Shown here: piece after piece, positions 9,086 to 19,481 of the stretch
How positions within the stretch are numbered: position 1 is the stretch's first letter
How the letters are laid out: the number at the start of each line of letters is the position of its first letter
From: an uncultured Anaerolineaceae bacterium
Lineage (GTDB): Bacteria > Chloroflexota > Anaerolineae > Aggregatilineales > Phototrophicaceae
Assembly: GCA_964447795.1 (NCBI GenBank)
Contig: CAYUTY010000010.1
Coordinates: 33,551-97,550 of the forward strand
Length of the DNA stretch: 64,000 nt
Direction: 5' to 3'
Translations under genes and position numbers: made by a program
Notes under the pieces: model-generated
Database searches by the model: none
What the model was told of the DNA's origin: nothing
Seen by the model: the letters and a program-made list of their open reading frames with translations, nothing else

Positions 9086-9646
9086 TCAGGGTTTGAGCGC
9101 AACCAGCCGCGAAACATGTCTGCCATCGGCGTTATGCAGAATTTTCCAGTCAGCGAAGTAACCCGCCAGCTCGCCGGGGGACAGCAGAAAAGCCGGATTG
9201 AAGCCAGGCACAGCTTCCAGATAGCCCTGATTGAAGGTTTCGTAGACGATACGCCCGCCGGGACGAACGCTGTTCCGTAGCGACATGAACAGATCGCGTT
9301 TGAGGTAGCGGAACACACACACCATATCGTAGCTGGTAGCTGGAATGTCGTAAGTGTCGAGGTCAACCGGATACAGGTTGGCGTTACGCAGGCCGCGTTT
9401 ACCCATTTCCGCCTGCGCCAGCAGCAGCGCCGCCCGGCTCACATCGATCATATCCACCAGATAACCCTGCGCCGCCAGCCACAGGCCGTTCTGTCCCAGA
9501 CCGGCGGCAACATCGAGCGCGCGCCGTTCTTCGCCTTCCGGTACGGGCGGCGTATATTCAAACAGAATGGGGTCGGGCGGGGGATATGGCTCGTCGCCCC
9601 GTTCCTTGTAGAGCTGATCCCAGCGCTGGCGGTCTGCGTGCGACAA
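9086..9646 (-). CDS. Class I SAM-dependent methyltransferase (TehB-like)
   Basis: RALDVAAGLGQNGLWLA; VRPGGRIVYETF. Confidence 0.85.
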   Translation of the reverse strand: MSHADRQRWDQLYKERGDEPYPPPDPILFEYTPPVPEGEERRALDVAAGLGQNGLWLAAQGYLVDMIDVSRAALLLAQAEMGKRGLRNANLYPVDLDTYDIPATSYDMVCVFRYLKRDLFMSLRNSVRPGGRIVYETFNQGYLEAVPGFNPAFLLSPGELAGYFADWKILHNADGRHVSRLVALKP

Positions 9647-9648
9647 TG

Positions 9649-10455
9649 CTATCGCCCTCCGTAAACCGGCGTGTAGTTCAGCGCGTCGGGGACTTTCGCC
9701 ATCAGCACATCATCACCGGGGTAAGCACGGGCGTTGGGGTTGCGGCGGCGGCGTTCATGCAGCGGGTAAGCATCGCTCAGCGCGGCGAAATCCGGTTCGC
9801 GCCAGTTTCCCGGAACCGTCAGACAGTTCATGACGGCCTGAATCCGCTGCCCGCCGGGAGCATCCCAATTGAGTGGCGTTTCGCCCTGCATCAGCGTTCG
9901 CGCATCATCGGCCTGTCCGCCCACTTTCCGCATCAACTGGCCGCTGATCCGTGCGAACATTTTATCCGCCGCGCCTTTATCGACGCCGCCCGCCAGCGCT
10001 CGTACATCATCGGGCAGGGCGTCAAATGGCAGACCGCTCGACTGCTGCTGAATTTCGATAGCCGGTTGTGCGGCTGCTTCCAGCGCCGCCCGTAAATCAT
10101 CAGCCGTTTTTCCAGCTTGCAGATAGGCTGTCAGCGCCGCTAATGTGTCAGCAGCCATGCCATCGACATAGACCGCGATAGTCGCCCCGTTTTCGTCCAG
10201 TGCGAGGGCTAAACAGGTCGCCGTTCGGGAAAGGGCGCTGATTTGCGCTTCGTCTGCCGCGCCGATCACCCGCGTCCAGCCATCTGCCGGAGGGGCGACG
10301 AACAGCCGCACGGTGTCAGCATAGGCTTTGCCGGGGAAAGCGCTGAACGGGTTATACAGTGTGTAGCCATCTGCTGTCAGTGCATCGCGCAGGGCGGCGA
10401 TAATGGTTTCGGCGGCTTCAGAAGGACAGTACAGGCTGTTCCAGGTGGCTGGCAT
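9649..10455 (-). CDS. Hypothetical protein
   Basis: Long ORF in an operon-like arrangement; GAGGA RBS before MPATWNS. Confidence 0.7.
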   Translation of the reverse strand: MPATWNSLYCPSEAAETIIAALRDALTADGYTLYNPFSAFPGKAYADTVRLFVAPPADGWTRVIGAADEAQISALSRTATCLALALDENGATIAVYVDGMAADTLAALTAYLQAGKTADDLRAALEAAAQPAIEIQQQSSGLPFDALPDDVRALAGGVDKGAADKMFARISGQLMRKVGGQADDARTLMQGETPLNWDAPGGQRIQAVMNCLTVPGNWREPDFAALSDAYPLHERRRRNPNARAYPGDDVLMAKVPDALNYTPVYGGR

Positions 10456-11305
10456 GGGTTTCCTCATGGTTTTTATCACCGGGGGCAGCGTAACACAGAA
10501 TACTGCCAAAATCGACAAAGCCCAGCTCACGCCCGATGCGGCGGTCAGACTCCGTTTCGCCCGGCGCGAAGATCAGTTTTGCCTTGTGTTCCAGTGCCCC
10601 ACGCAGAACCGCCGTCTGCAAAGCCTGCGTCATCACCGGCGTGCGGACTTCCTTCAGCAGCGCCAGCGCGGCGATGTGGGCGGTTTCCTCCTGCACGCTC
10701 AATCGGGCTACGCCCACCGGAAAGCCGTAGCGGTAAACCAGAAAGTCAACCTGCTGGCCGAGGTGCATAGCCGCCACATCGCGCCCGACGAACAGCGGCT
10801 CAACGCCCAGCGTCAGTACATCATAAAATGCATTGCGCCAGACATACCACCACGCTTCTATGCCGCGCTGGTCGTTCACTTCCTCGATGATGACCCCATC
10901 CGGCAGAGTCGGAGTCGGCGGTGCCGCTGGAATGTGGCCTTTGATGCCTTCCGGCTTATAAACCAGCACCGGCGTTTCTCGCTCCACCTGCAAATTCAGA
11001 TCGCGCAGCGTCTTCGCAAACAGTGGCGGGAACAGTCCTTCGATGTACTGCACCCGCGCTGAACGTCCAAACGTTCGCAGGTGGTCTAAGCCCTGCTTGA
11101 TATTCGGGCCAGACACCCAGGCGGTATTCTTGCGCGGGGTGACATAATTCAGGGTCGGTGTGGGATTGCCGCCATGATGGAATACCTCGACCAGCCCGAC
11201 AGTTTCCCGCGTCGCCCCCAGGTTGACATGCACATGTACCAGGTGATCCTGTATCTGTCGCAGTATCCGGCGCGACTCTTTCTCTTCAGCCGCCTCGTTA
11301 TCCAT
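10418..11305 (-). CDS. GNAT-fold-like protein
   Basis: C-terminal PVGVARL...AHIAALAL...ELGFVDFG resembles a GNAT core. Confidence 0.55.
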   Translation of the reverse strand: MDNEAAEEKESRRILRQIQDHLVHVHVNLGATRETVGLVEVFHHGGNPTPTLNYVTPRKNTAWVSGPNIKQGLDHLRTFGRSARVQYIEGLFPPLFAKTLRDLNLQVERETPVLVYKPEGIKGHIPAAPPTPTLPDGVIIEEVNDQRGIEAWWYVWRNAFYDVLTLGVEPLFVGRDVAAMHLGQQVDFLVYRYGFPVGVARLSVQEETAHIAALALLKEVRTPVMTQALQTAVLRGALEHKAKLIFAPGETESDRRIGRELGFVDFGSILCYAAPGDKNHEETHASHLEQPVLSF

Positions 11306-11480
11306 TCGGACTCCAGTTGAATCAGATTACTAACCTTCATTGTAATGACTTTTGAATGCCATGTCGGTTGTAATGCGGTTTGAATTGGCTGAAATTCGCG
11401 CAAAATGTCCATCTCTGGCAGGGCAGGCGCTTTCTGAATACAATTTCGGGCTGTGTTGTGAGCTTAAAAGAGGTTTTGTG

Positions 11481-12827
11481 ATGCGTCGTATGATGACTGT
11501 GCTGCCGCTGCCTTTTATTGTGACCGCCGGTATCCTGCTGCTCTCCTGTTCCGCGCTGGCGCAGGACGTCCCGCTCAGGCCGGGGGATACTGAAGTCATC
11601 CCCGCTTTCGATGTCTATGACCGCCTTATCCGCTCGGTTGAAGGGGTGCTGCTCAACGAAGGCAGCGAGGCTTATACAGGGGTCAGCCTCTTCGCCGAAG
11701 TTTATGATGCTGAAAACCAACTGATCGGCGAGGGTTTTGGCACCCTGGTTAATGCCTGTGGCGCGGGTCTGCTGCCCGATTATGCGCTTCAGCCGGGGGC
11801 AGAGCGGCTTTTCCTCGTACCGCTGGAAATGTTTGAAGAAGGTGAAATTCAACGGGTGGAGGTGCGTGCTGATGGCACAGCCGTCGCGCCGGGAACGGCT
11901 GCCGCTGCTGAACCTGTCAATGGCATCACCCCGATCACTGATGCTGAAGTGGCGGCGGTGGAGTGGATTGATGAAGATCATCTCCGCTATGGCATCGGCT
12001 GCTGGCGCGACCTGTTTTTCGAGCGCGAATGGCGCGAACTGAACCTGCCCACGCTCGGCGAGCAGGCGGTTGAACATCCCAAAACGCCGCTCATCACCGA
12101 TGCGCTGCGGTTGCAGCTTGGTCTGGTAGAAGACCTGTACTTCCGACATTCCATGCTCAGTTATGCCCCGGATGCCCGTCGGATGGTCTACCAGACAGAA
12201 CTCAATACCTTTATCACCGCCGAGCCAGACGGTTCATTCAAGCGTGTGCTGCTGGAAACTCTCTCCACACGCACGCTGCAAAGCATTACCTGGCTGCGGA
12301 ATGGTGTTTTTCTGGCGGCCTATTATGGCGCGGTAGGCGACCCGGTGGCCTATTTCACCGCCAGCGTCGAAGGCCGTATGCTGAGCGAATCGCCCGAAAA
12401 CAACCCGCTCTCGCTCATTACTCCCGGTGCTTCGCCGGATGGTGATCGTATCGTCTTCGCGGCGGAAATCGACGGTGTGACTGGCTACTACTGGAAGCGA
12501 GCGGCTTTCCCCGGCGCGGAACTGCTGTTCCAGATCGAGCCGCCGGGGAACAACTGGCCCGGCCCACTGGTCGATGAAGATGATGCCGCCGGCACATTTA
12601 TCTATGTGGCGCTGCCGGTTGATGGTGAAGCACGGCTGATGTGCTACAACCTGCGTGACTCAGCCCTGCACAATCTCGCGCCGCTGCCGCTGCAACTGGG
12701 GACAGACGAACGCGCCGTCTGGTCGCTCTCGCCGCAAGCCAACACCATTGCGCTGGCGGCAGATGGCGTGAACGGCGGTCTGTGGCTGATCGACCTGAAC
12801 GAAGTTGGGGTATGTGAATCACCATAA
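11481..12827 (+). CDS. Secreted protein, FxLYD-like domain + TolB-like beta-propeller
   Basis: Signal peptide ...SALA-QD; GVLLNEG...AEVYDAENQLIG; PD40-like YAPDARRMVY, SPDGDRIVF, SPQANTIA. Confidence 0.6.
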   Translation: MRRMMTVLPLPFIVTAGILLLSCSALAQDVPLRPGDTEVIPAFDVYDRLIRSVEGVLLNEGSEAYTGVSLFAEVYDAENQLIGEGFGTLVNACGAGLLPDYALQPGAERLFLVPLEMFEEGEIQRVEVRADGTAVAPGTAAAAEPVNGITPITDAEVAAVEWIDEDHLRYGIGCWRDLFFEREWRELNLPTLGEQAVEHPKTPLITDALRLQLGLVEDLYFRHSMLSYAPDARRMVYQTELNTFITAEPDGSFKRVLLETLSTRTLQSITWLRNGVFLAAYYGAVGDPVAYFTASVEGRMLSESPENNPLSLITPGASPDGDRIVFAAEIDGVTGYYWKRAAFPGAELLFQIEPPGNNWPGPLVDEDDAAGTFIYVALPVDGEARLMCYNLRDSALHNLAPLPLQLGTDERAVWSLSPQANTIALAADGVNGGLWLIDLNEVGVCESP

Positions 12828-12901
12828 ACTGTTCCTACTTTGACAGAAATCTTATGCCGCTGTCCGTATAGTAGGAATCATAACGACCAGCGATCAGGAC
12901 A

Positions 12902-13648
12902 GTGACAGTGGAAAATTTACAAAGCGCCTTGTATCAGGAATTTGACTCCGACCCCAGACCTGTGGTGGATTTTATCGTCTGGCTGACGCAGACGTATGAG
13001 CTGCCGGACGTGCTGGATGTGTTGGACATCGGCTGCGGGCCGGGGCGGATGCTGACCGAATACGCTGATCTTGGCTGGCGCGTGACTGGGCATGAACCCG
13101 ACCCGGATTTTTATGCCGCCGCGCGGGAAACCAGTCAAGCCAGCCCGGACATCCGCGTGAAGCAGTGTGGCTTTGAGGGTCTGGAAGCGGTGGAAAAGTA
13201 TGATCTCATCACCGCCATTAATGACCCGCTGGCCTATCTGCTGGAAGTGGGTGAACGGGTAGACGCTTTGGCCCGTATGTACCGTGCGCTGCGTCCCGGC
13301 GGTATCATGTTTCTCGAACTCAAAAATTTCCTCTTCAAACTGCTGTATCATGAACCCATAACAGAAGAAGTAGCGGAGATTAATGAGCAGAAAGTCGCCC
13401 ATGTCATGCAGCACGAAATCGACTTTCACAACGCTCGCTGGATTCACCGGGACGAATATATTGTCGAGGGCGAGCAGCAGGTGATCGCAAAAACCCATGA
13501 ACTCGCTATCATTTCCCCGCCAGAGCTGCTCTATTTCATCCAGCAGCAGGGTTTTACTGATGTGCGAACCTTCAGCAGCTATGCCGCGCGTGAGCCAGAG
13601 GTTTTTAACAGCCGTTTGATGCTGATTGCCGCCCGCAAGCCATATTGA
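12902..13648 (+). CDS. Class I SAM-dependent methyltransferase
   Basis: VLDIGCGPGR; ALRPGG. Confidence 0.88.
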   Translation: MTVENLQSALYQEFDSDPRPVVDFIVWLTQTYELPDVLDVLDIGCGPGRMLTEYADLGWRVTGHEPDPDFYAAARETSQASPDIRVKQCGFEGLEAVEKYDLITAINDPLAYLLEVGERVDALARMYRALRPGGIMFLELKNFLFKLLYHEPITEEVAEINEQKVAHVMQHEIDFHNARWIHRDEYIVEGEQQVIAKTHELAIISPPELLYFIQQQGFTDVRTFSSYAAREPEVFNSRLMLIAARKPY

Positions 13649-13673
13649 AAATGCGAAAGGTTGGGCAGGTAAC

Positions 13674-14552
13674 GTGACGACCACTAAAAAACCAGACCCT
13701 TATAAAATTGCCGAGCGCCCCTTTAATCTGGCACAGCGCCTGGCTGACCGCCTCGGCCAGCTAGAAGGTGTGCTGGCTGTCGTGCTGGGCGGCTCATGGG
13801 CGCGGGGGGATGCCGACCCCCGATCTGATATTGATCTCGGCATTTACTACGACCCGGCTCGTCCCCCCTCACAGCGCAGCTTACGGGCACTTGCCGACGA
13901 ACTGGACGAGGTGCGCGGTGGCGATGCTGTGACTGATTTTGGCGAATGGGGCCCCTGGATTAATGGCGGTGCCTGGCTGGAAATTGAAGGGCAGCGGGTG
14001 GACTGGCTCTACCGCGACCTGCCGAAAGTGCGTGCCGTGATCGACGAATGCCGTGCTGGGCAGCCAGCTATTCACTACCAGCCCGGCCATCCACACGGTT
14101 TTTATACAACGATTTACATGGGCGAAATCGCGGTTTGTGTGCCGCTTTTCGACCCAAAAGGGTTGATCGCCAATCTCAAAAAACTGACGCGGCCTTACCC
14201 GCCCGCGCTCAAAAGCGCCCTGATTAAGCGCAATTTATGGGAAGCCGGTTTTGCGCTGGATACCAGCCGCAAATCGGCCTCGCGTGGCGATGTCTTTCAT
14301 GTCAGCGGCGGCTTGTTTCGCTGCGCTGCCTGCCTGACACAAGTCGTGTTCGCCCTGAACGAACGCTACTATCTGAACGAAAAAGGCGCGGTAAAAGCGG
14401 CAGGAATGCTGTCACTCGTCCCGCCGGATTTTGTGCAGACGGTTGAAGCGGCGCTGGCGCAGCCCGGTGGCAGTCCATCCGAATTAGAAGACAGCCTGCT
14501 GCGCTTCGATGCGCTGGTCGTTGCTGTCCATGAGTTGTGGGAAGATGATTAG
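13674..14552 (+). CDS. Pol-beta-type nucleotidyltransferase domain protein (DUF4037-like C-terminus)
   Basis: LGGSWARG....SDIDLG; WGPWINGGAWL; FALNERYYLNEKG. Confidence 0.8.
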   Translation: MTTTKKPDPYKIAERPFNLAQRLADRLGQLEGVLAVVLGGSWARGDADPRSDIDLGIYYDPARPPSQRSLRALADELDEVRGGDAVTDFGEWGPWINGGAWLEIEGQRVDWLYRDLPKVRAVIDECRAGQPAIHYQPGHPHGFYTTIYMGEIAVCVPLFDPKGLIANLKKLTRPYPPALKSALIKRNLWEAGFALDTSRKSASRGDVFHVSGGLFRCAACLTQVVFALNERYYLNEKGAVKAAGMLSLVPPDFVQTVEAALAQPGGSPSELEDSLLRFDALVVAVHELWEDD

Positions 14553-15190
14553 TGCGGCTTTCGCACCATCGTCCATAAGCGCAGCCCTATCCCCGGCACA
14601 ACGTCATCCGATACGACCTGGAAACCCTGCTGCTGGAAGAAAGTGACGTGACGTTCCGTCGAGGTTTCCAGGTAACAGGGAAGCCGCTTGGTGTCCGCCT
14701 GATCGAGAACAGGGCGCATCAATTGCCCGCCAATCCCTTTACCCTGGCTGTCCGGGTGAACCCCAATGGAAGCCAGATACCAGTGATCGCCGGGGATGAT
14801 GGCTTTCTGACGCGCATCCGCATGGCGGATGAAGCTCAGATAAGCCGCAATACGCCCCGGCCCGACTGCCCGCATCAGCCGCAGCATCATCGGCAGCGCT
14901 CCGCCCTGTAAGCTCTCCCAGGTATCGATCTCAGTATGGCCCGGCGGCTGCCAGATGGCTATGCCGTCGTATTGTGGGGTTGTGTAGGCGGTGCCAGCCC
15001 GCGCCGCGTTTTGCAGGCTGTAACGCTGTAAGTGGCGCAGATAGCTGACGCGCTGTGTCTCATCCGGCACGAAATAGCGCCATACAATATCGTGGCGGAA
15101 TGCCTCTGGAAGCACATCCGGCACCCGCGCCACATCATCTGGCTGTAATTGAATCACCTCAAGCGTTGTTACCGCAGAGTGGGGAAGCAT
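14549..15190 (-). CDS. GNAT N-acetyltransferase (puromycin acetyltransferase-like)
   Basis: HWYLASIGVHPDSQGKGIG; PCYLETS. Confidence 0.85.
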   Translation of the reverse strand: MLPHSAVTTLEVIQLQPDDVARVPDVLPEAFRHDIVWRYFVPDETQRVSYLRHLQRYSLQNAARAGTAYTTPQYDGIAIWQPPGHTEIDTWESLQGGALPMMLRLMRAVGPGRIAAYLSFIRHADARQKAIIPGDHWYLASIGVHPDSQGKGIGGQLMRPVLDQADTKRLPCYLETSTERHVTFFQQQGFQVVSDDVVPGIGLRLWTMVRKPH

Positions 15191-15295
15191 GAAGTTTCTC
15201 CTGGTAACTATTTTCTGTGCTATAGACTATAGCATGTTAACAGGTCTTACCTTCTGTTTCCCCATTGGTCATCATGGACGAAATTTGCGCGGACG

Positions 15296-16690
15296 TTACG
15301 GCAGCGCCGCCTCCAGCAGCGGCTCGGCTGTAGGCTGTGGTGTCCGCCGCAGCAGTGTCATCGGAATGCCATTTTTTGGGTTCAGCGTGATGCGCGGCAG
15401 GGCTTCGACCCGCTGCCCCGGCGCGAGTGCCAGCGTGTACTGGCTGGCAATTGTTGCCAGCAGCAGGCGCGCTTCCATCATGGCGAAGCTGTTGCCAATG
15501 CAGATACGTGGCCCACCGCCAAAGGGTATATAAGCCCGCTTGTTGATAGCCGCTTCATTGTCTGTGTGGAAGCGCTCCGGCCAGAACTGTTCCGGTTTGT
15601 CCCAGTAACGCGGGTCACGGTGGGCGAAAATGCTCATCAACCCGATGATGCTGCCTTTTGGCACATCATAGCCGCCAATTCTGGTGTCCTCAATCGCCAT
15701 CCGCCCGAAGCTCCAGGCGGGTGGATACAGCCGCATCGATTCCTTCAGCACCATCTCGGTATAAGGCAGCTTTTCCAGGTCGGCTAATGTGGGTGCGCGT
15801 CCGCCCAGGACAGCATCCAGTTCGGCGTGCAGTCTGGCGGCGACCTGTGGGTGCTGCGCCAGCAGATACCATGTCCAGGTAAGCGCGTTGGACGTGGTCT
15901 CATGCCCGGCCAGGAAGATCGTCACCACTTCATCCCGCGCCTGATCGTCGGTCATGTGCTCGCCGTTTTCATCTTCCGCCAGCAGCAGCATCGACAGCAG
16001 ATCGCCCCGGTCATCCCGTGTCGCCCGCCGCTCGTTGATGATACGGTAGATGATCTCATCCAGGTCGCGCCGTCCCCGCCGTCCCCGCAGTTCCTTCGGA
16101 GTCGGTATCCAGGGTGGGAGCAGCTCGCCGCCCGGCCCGCCAAATTCCTGAAGCGCGTTCACCGCCCGCGATACCCGCTCGATGTCGCCGGAAACGTCGG
16201 CGTCGAACAGCGTTTTGGCGACTACCAGCATGGTGAGCCGGTTCATCTCGCGGTGAACATCCAGCCGCACGCCGTCGCGCCAGCCATCCAGCATATCCAG
16301 TGTGTAATCGACCATTGTTTCGGCATAGGCGTTGATGCGTTTGGTGTGGAAAGCTGGTGCTGCCAGTTTGCGCTGCCGCCGCCAGAATTCGCCATCGCTC
16401 GTCAGCAGCCCGTTACCGAGGAAACGCGCCAGTCCGACTTTGGTATCGGTATAGCCGGGGTCTTTGTGAAACTTCGCCGCCTGTGTCACCGCCACTTCAT
16501 GGATCGCGTCCGGGTTGCTGATGATGAACTGGTGCGTGTTGCCGAAGGTCAGCTTATAAATATCACCATACTGCGCCCGCCATTTGTCGAATGTCCCCAG
16601 CATGTCCCGCGAGAACTGCGAAATCAGCCGAATCTGGTCGATCATATTTTTCGCCGCTGGGGGGCCGGGCGGTAATTTCAGGTCGGTCAT
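15296..16690 (-). CDS. Cytochrome P450
   Basis: AGHETT (I helix), ESMR (ExxR), PERF, PFGGGPRICIG (heme Cys). Confidence 0.97.
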   Translation of the reverse strand: MTDLKLPPGPPAAKNMIDQIRLISQFSRDMLGTFDKWRAQYGDIYKLTFGNTHQFIISNPDAIHEVAVTQAAKFHKDPGYTDTKVGLARFLGNGLLTSDGEFWRRQRKLAAPAFHTKRINAYAETMVDYTLDMLDGWRDGVRLDVHREMNRLTMLVVAKTLFDADVSGDIERVSRAVNALQEFGGPGGELLPPWIPTPKELRGRRGRRDLDEIIYRIINERRATRDDRGDLLSMLLLAEDENGEHMTDDQARDEVVTIFLAGHETTSNALTWTWYLLAQHPQVAARLHAELDAVLGGRAPTLADLEKLPYTEMVLKESMRLYPPAWSFGRMAIEDTRIGGYDVPKGSIIGLMSIFAHRDPRYWDKPEQFWPERFHTDNEAAINKRAYIPFGGGPRICIGNSFAMMEARLLLATIASQYTLALAPGQRVEALPRITLNPKNGIPMTLLRRTPQPTAEPLLEAALP

Positions 16691-16702
16691 GCTTCTACTC
16701 CC

Positions 16703-16715
16703 TGACACACTGTCA
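16703..16715. promoter_or_regulatory. Candidate TetR operator TGACA-CAC-TGTCA
   Basis: Inverted repeat between the divergent P450 and TetR genes. It lies downstream of a minus-strand TTGACA-N16-TATCAT promoter candidate (16772-16745). Confidence 0.5.
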
Positions 16716-16816
16716 TTTTTCTAACACTCTGTAGTACAATTCAGATGATATGGACTTTGGTTGGTCTGTCAACAGGTAAGCTTCGACTTGCGTTAGTTAT
16801 TGAACGGATGTCTATA

Positions 16817-17452
16817 ATGACCCAAATTCCCGAAAAAATTGATCGTCGTAAGCAGCGCACCCGTGAGCTACTGGGCAATGCACTCTTTGATCTGGTGGTT
16901 GAGAAGGGCTTCAAAGGGCTTACTATTCAGGATGTTACCGAACGGGCAAACATCGCCCGTCCTACCTTTTACCAGCATTACGGCGATGTTGAAGAGCTTG
17001 CCGTTTCGACAGCAACAGGCATGTATCAGGAGGTGATGCGAAAACATACCCCCCTCACACGCGATCAGATGGAGCAGAATCCCTTGTCGTTCAATGACCT
17101 CGACCTGAGTGATTTTGAACACATTCGGGAATATCAGGAGTTCTATCGTCAGATGCTCAGCAAGAAAGGCTCAATGGTTTTTCTGCTTAGTATCGCGGAT
17201 TTTCTCAAAGACCTGTCGATCAAAGACATCCTTAAATCGCTTGAACCCCCCGATGAAACACCACGCCTGCCTTTGGATTTTGTCGCTCACTGTATGGGCT
17301 GGCTGGAAATCGCAGTCGCTCAGTGGTGGTTGCAACATATGGATGAATACACCGAATCAGAGATTGCGACAATGCAGTGTGGGATGCTGATGTTTGGGCT
17401 TTCGTGGGTCTTACGTGTGAATGCCGTTGAGCCGGACATCACCATTCCCTGA
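16817..17452 (+). CDS. TetR/AcrR family regulator
   Basis: DRRKQRTR...TIQDVTERANIARPTFYQHY. Confidence 0.92.
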   Translation: MTQIPEKIDRRKQRTRELLGNALFDLVVEKGFKGLTIQDVTERANIARPTFYQHYGDVEELAVSTATGMYQEVMRKHTPLTRDQMEQNPLSFNDLDLSDFEHIREYQEFYRQMLSKKGSMVFLLSIADFLKDLSIKDILKSLEPPDETPRLPLDFVAHCMGWLEIAVAQWWLQHMDEYTESEIATMQCGMLMFGLSWVLRVNAVEPDITIP

Positions 17453-17525
17453 GCCGCTGATAATGCAAATCTAATCGCGTGGCGCTATCATCAGGGGTAT
17501 AACGTAAAAGAGCGGGGAAAATAAC

Positions 17526-18575
17526 ATGGCAAATGAAAAGACTGCTGGATTGCTGCGCGGCGTCGCTGGCGCGGCTGTCGCCGGGGTAGCGGGCTGGCTG
17601 GGTTACAGCGCCCTCGCCGTCGATCATAACCTGCCGCTGCCCCCGGCTGTTGATGCTGATCGTAAACTGTTTATCTCGCCGGAAGCCGGTCTCCTGAGTT
17701 ATTATGCCGATACCGATGCGCCGGGCCGTCCGCTGGTGCTGATTCACAGCATCAACGCTGCCGCGTCAAGCTATGAAATGCGCCCCATTTTCAACCATTT
17801 TCGTGGCACTCGCCCGGTCTATGCCCTCGATTTGCCCGGTTTTGGCTTTTCTGAGCGCTCTGTTCGCCCTTATTCGCCTCATCTCTACGCCCAGGCTATC
17901 GCCGATTTTCTGGCGACGCAGGTGCGCGGCGGGGCAGATGTGATCGCCCTCTCGCTGGGCAGCGAATTTGCGGCGCGGGTCGCGCTCGAACAGCCGGAAT
18001 ACTTTAACACCCTGACGCTGATTTCGCCCAGCGGCTTCACCCCCCGGCGCGAACTCGGCAGCTCGCAGCGTGCGCGTTCCAGCGGTGGCAGTGAAACCCT
18101 TTATAACGTTTTTTCCTTTCCGTTGTGGGCGCAGGGTTTTTATGATCTGCTGGCGACCCGACCCAGCATCAACTACTTTTTGAGCCAGAGTTTCGTCGGC
18201 CCGGTTGACCCCGGCCTGATGGAATATGCTTACCTGACGGCTCATCAGCCCGGCGCGCGCCATGCGCCCCTCTATTTTGTCAGCGGCAGGCTCTTTACGC
18301 CCGATGTCCGCGAAGCCATTTACGAACAGTTGCGGCTGCCGGTTCTGGTACTGCATGATCGTGACCCTTATGTACGCTTTGATAATCTGGAAGTCACGCT
18401 CAGAGCGCACGCCAACTGGTACAGCGCACGCATCGCGCCGACGCTGGGCCTGCCGCAGTTCGAGCGGATGCCGGATGTGGCCGCCGCGCTGGAGAACTTC
18501 TGGGCGGCGCAGGATCCGCTTCAGCCCTACGAGCCAAGCGCTGCCCCCGGCTGGAGCGGCAAGGACGTGCGCTAA
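17526..18575 (+). CDS. Alpha/beta-fold hydrolase
   Basis: LVLIHSINA, YALDLPGFGFS, IALSLG. Confidence 0.85.
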   Translation: MANEKTAGLLRGVAGAAVAGVAGWLGYSALAVDHNLPLPPAVDADRKLFISPEAGLLSYYADTDAPGRPLVLIHSINAAASSYEMRPIFNHFRGTRPVYALDLPGFGFSERSVRPYSPHLYAQAIADFLATQVRGGADVIALSLGSEFAARVALEQPEYFNTLTLISPSGFTPRRELGSSQRARSSGGSETLYNVFSFPLWAQGFYDLLATRPSINYFLSQSFVGPVDPGLMEYAYLTAHQPGARHAPLYFVSGRLFTPDVREAIYEQLRLPVLVLHDRDPYVRFDNLEVTLRAHANWYSARIAPTLGLPQFERMPDVAAALENFWAAQDPLQPYEPSAAPGWSGKDVR

Positions 18576-18696
18576 GGCACGGCTGCCAGGGCGGAAGCAT
18601 TATTCCGCCCTGGTCGTTCAATAATTTCCTGCAAAATAGAGCGTGTTCCAATTTCGCCCCAGGTAATATACTGGGGTGAAGTTTTGCCTGAAGAAC

Positions 18697-19395
18697 ATGA
18701 GGTTAAATTTGAGCCGCTATTCACTCATCCTCTTCGACATTGACGGTACGCTGGTCTGGACGAAGGGGGCTGGTCGCGCTTCAACTCGGCTGGCGATGCT
18801 CGAAATTTTTGGCACAGATAACGGGTTGGATGCCCACGAGTTCGGCGGTAAGACCGACTGGCGCACGCTGGTTGATCTGCTCGGCGACCATGTTCACGAG
18901 ACAATGCCCGCTACTATGCCTCACTATGAAGAGGCGGTTGGTCGTCACCTGACCCAGATCGCTGCCGAATTTCCTATTACCCCCGTGACTGCCGCGTTGG
19001 AAACCGTGACTGAACTGCGGCGGCGGGGTGCGCCGCTGCCCGGCATTGTCACCGGTAATGTCTCCACCACGGCGCCGGTCAAGCTGCGGGCGGCTGGTTT
19101 TGACCCGGCTTGGTTTCCGGTGGGTGCCTATGGCAGCGAAGCACTGGAACGTGACGATCTGCCCCTGCTGGCTGTCGAGCGGGCATCCCGCCTGCTGGGT
19201 CGGACGATTCCGCCGCATGAAGTGGTTGTTGTCGGCGACACCCCAGCAGACGTGGCCTGCGCTCGTGCAATCGGCGCGGTTGCTGTCGCCGTTCTCACTG
19301 GCTACAGCCCGCGTGCCGCCCTCGAAGAGTCGAAGCCCGATTATCTGCTGGACGACCTGACTCACTTTTTCCCACAGGTGATTGACGCTTCGTAA
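18697..19395 (+). CDS. HAD-superfamily hydrolase
   Basis: LFDIDGTL, VTGN, VGDTPADV; start uncertain. Confidence 0.88.
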   Translation: MRLNLSRYSLILFDIDGTLVWTKGAGRASTRLAMLEIFGTDNGLDAHEFGGKTDWRTLVDLLGDHVHETMPATMPHYEEAVGRHLTQIAAEFPITPVTAALETVTELRRRGAPLPGIVTGNVSTTAPVKLRAAGFDPAWFPVGAYGSEALERDDLPLLAVERASRLLGRTIPPHEVVVVGDTPADVACARAIGAVAVAVLTGYSPRAALEESKPDYLLDDLTHFFPQVIDAS

Positions 19396-19481
19396 TTCCA
19401 TTGAGAAAAATCCGCCAAAAGTCGCATTTTTCTGTCGTGTGTGCGGACTATACAATCGGCTTTTATGCTGAGGACTGTGAT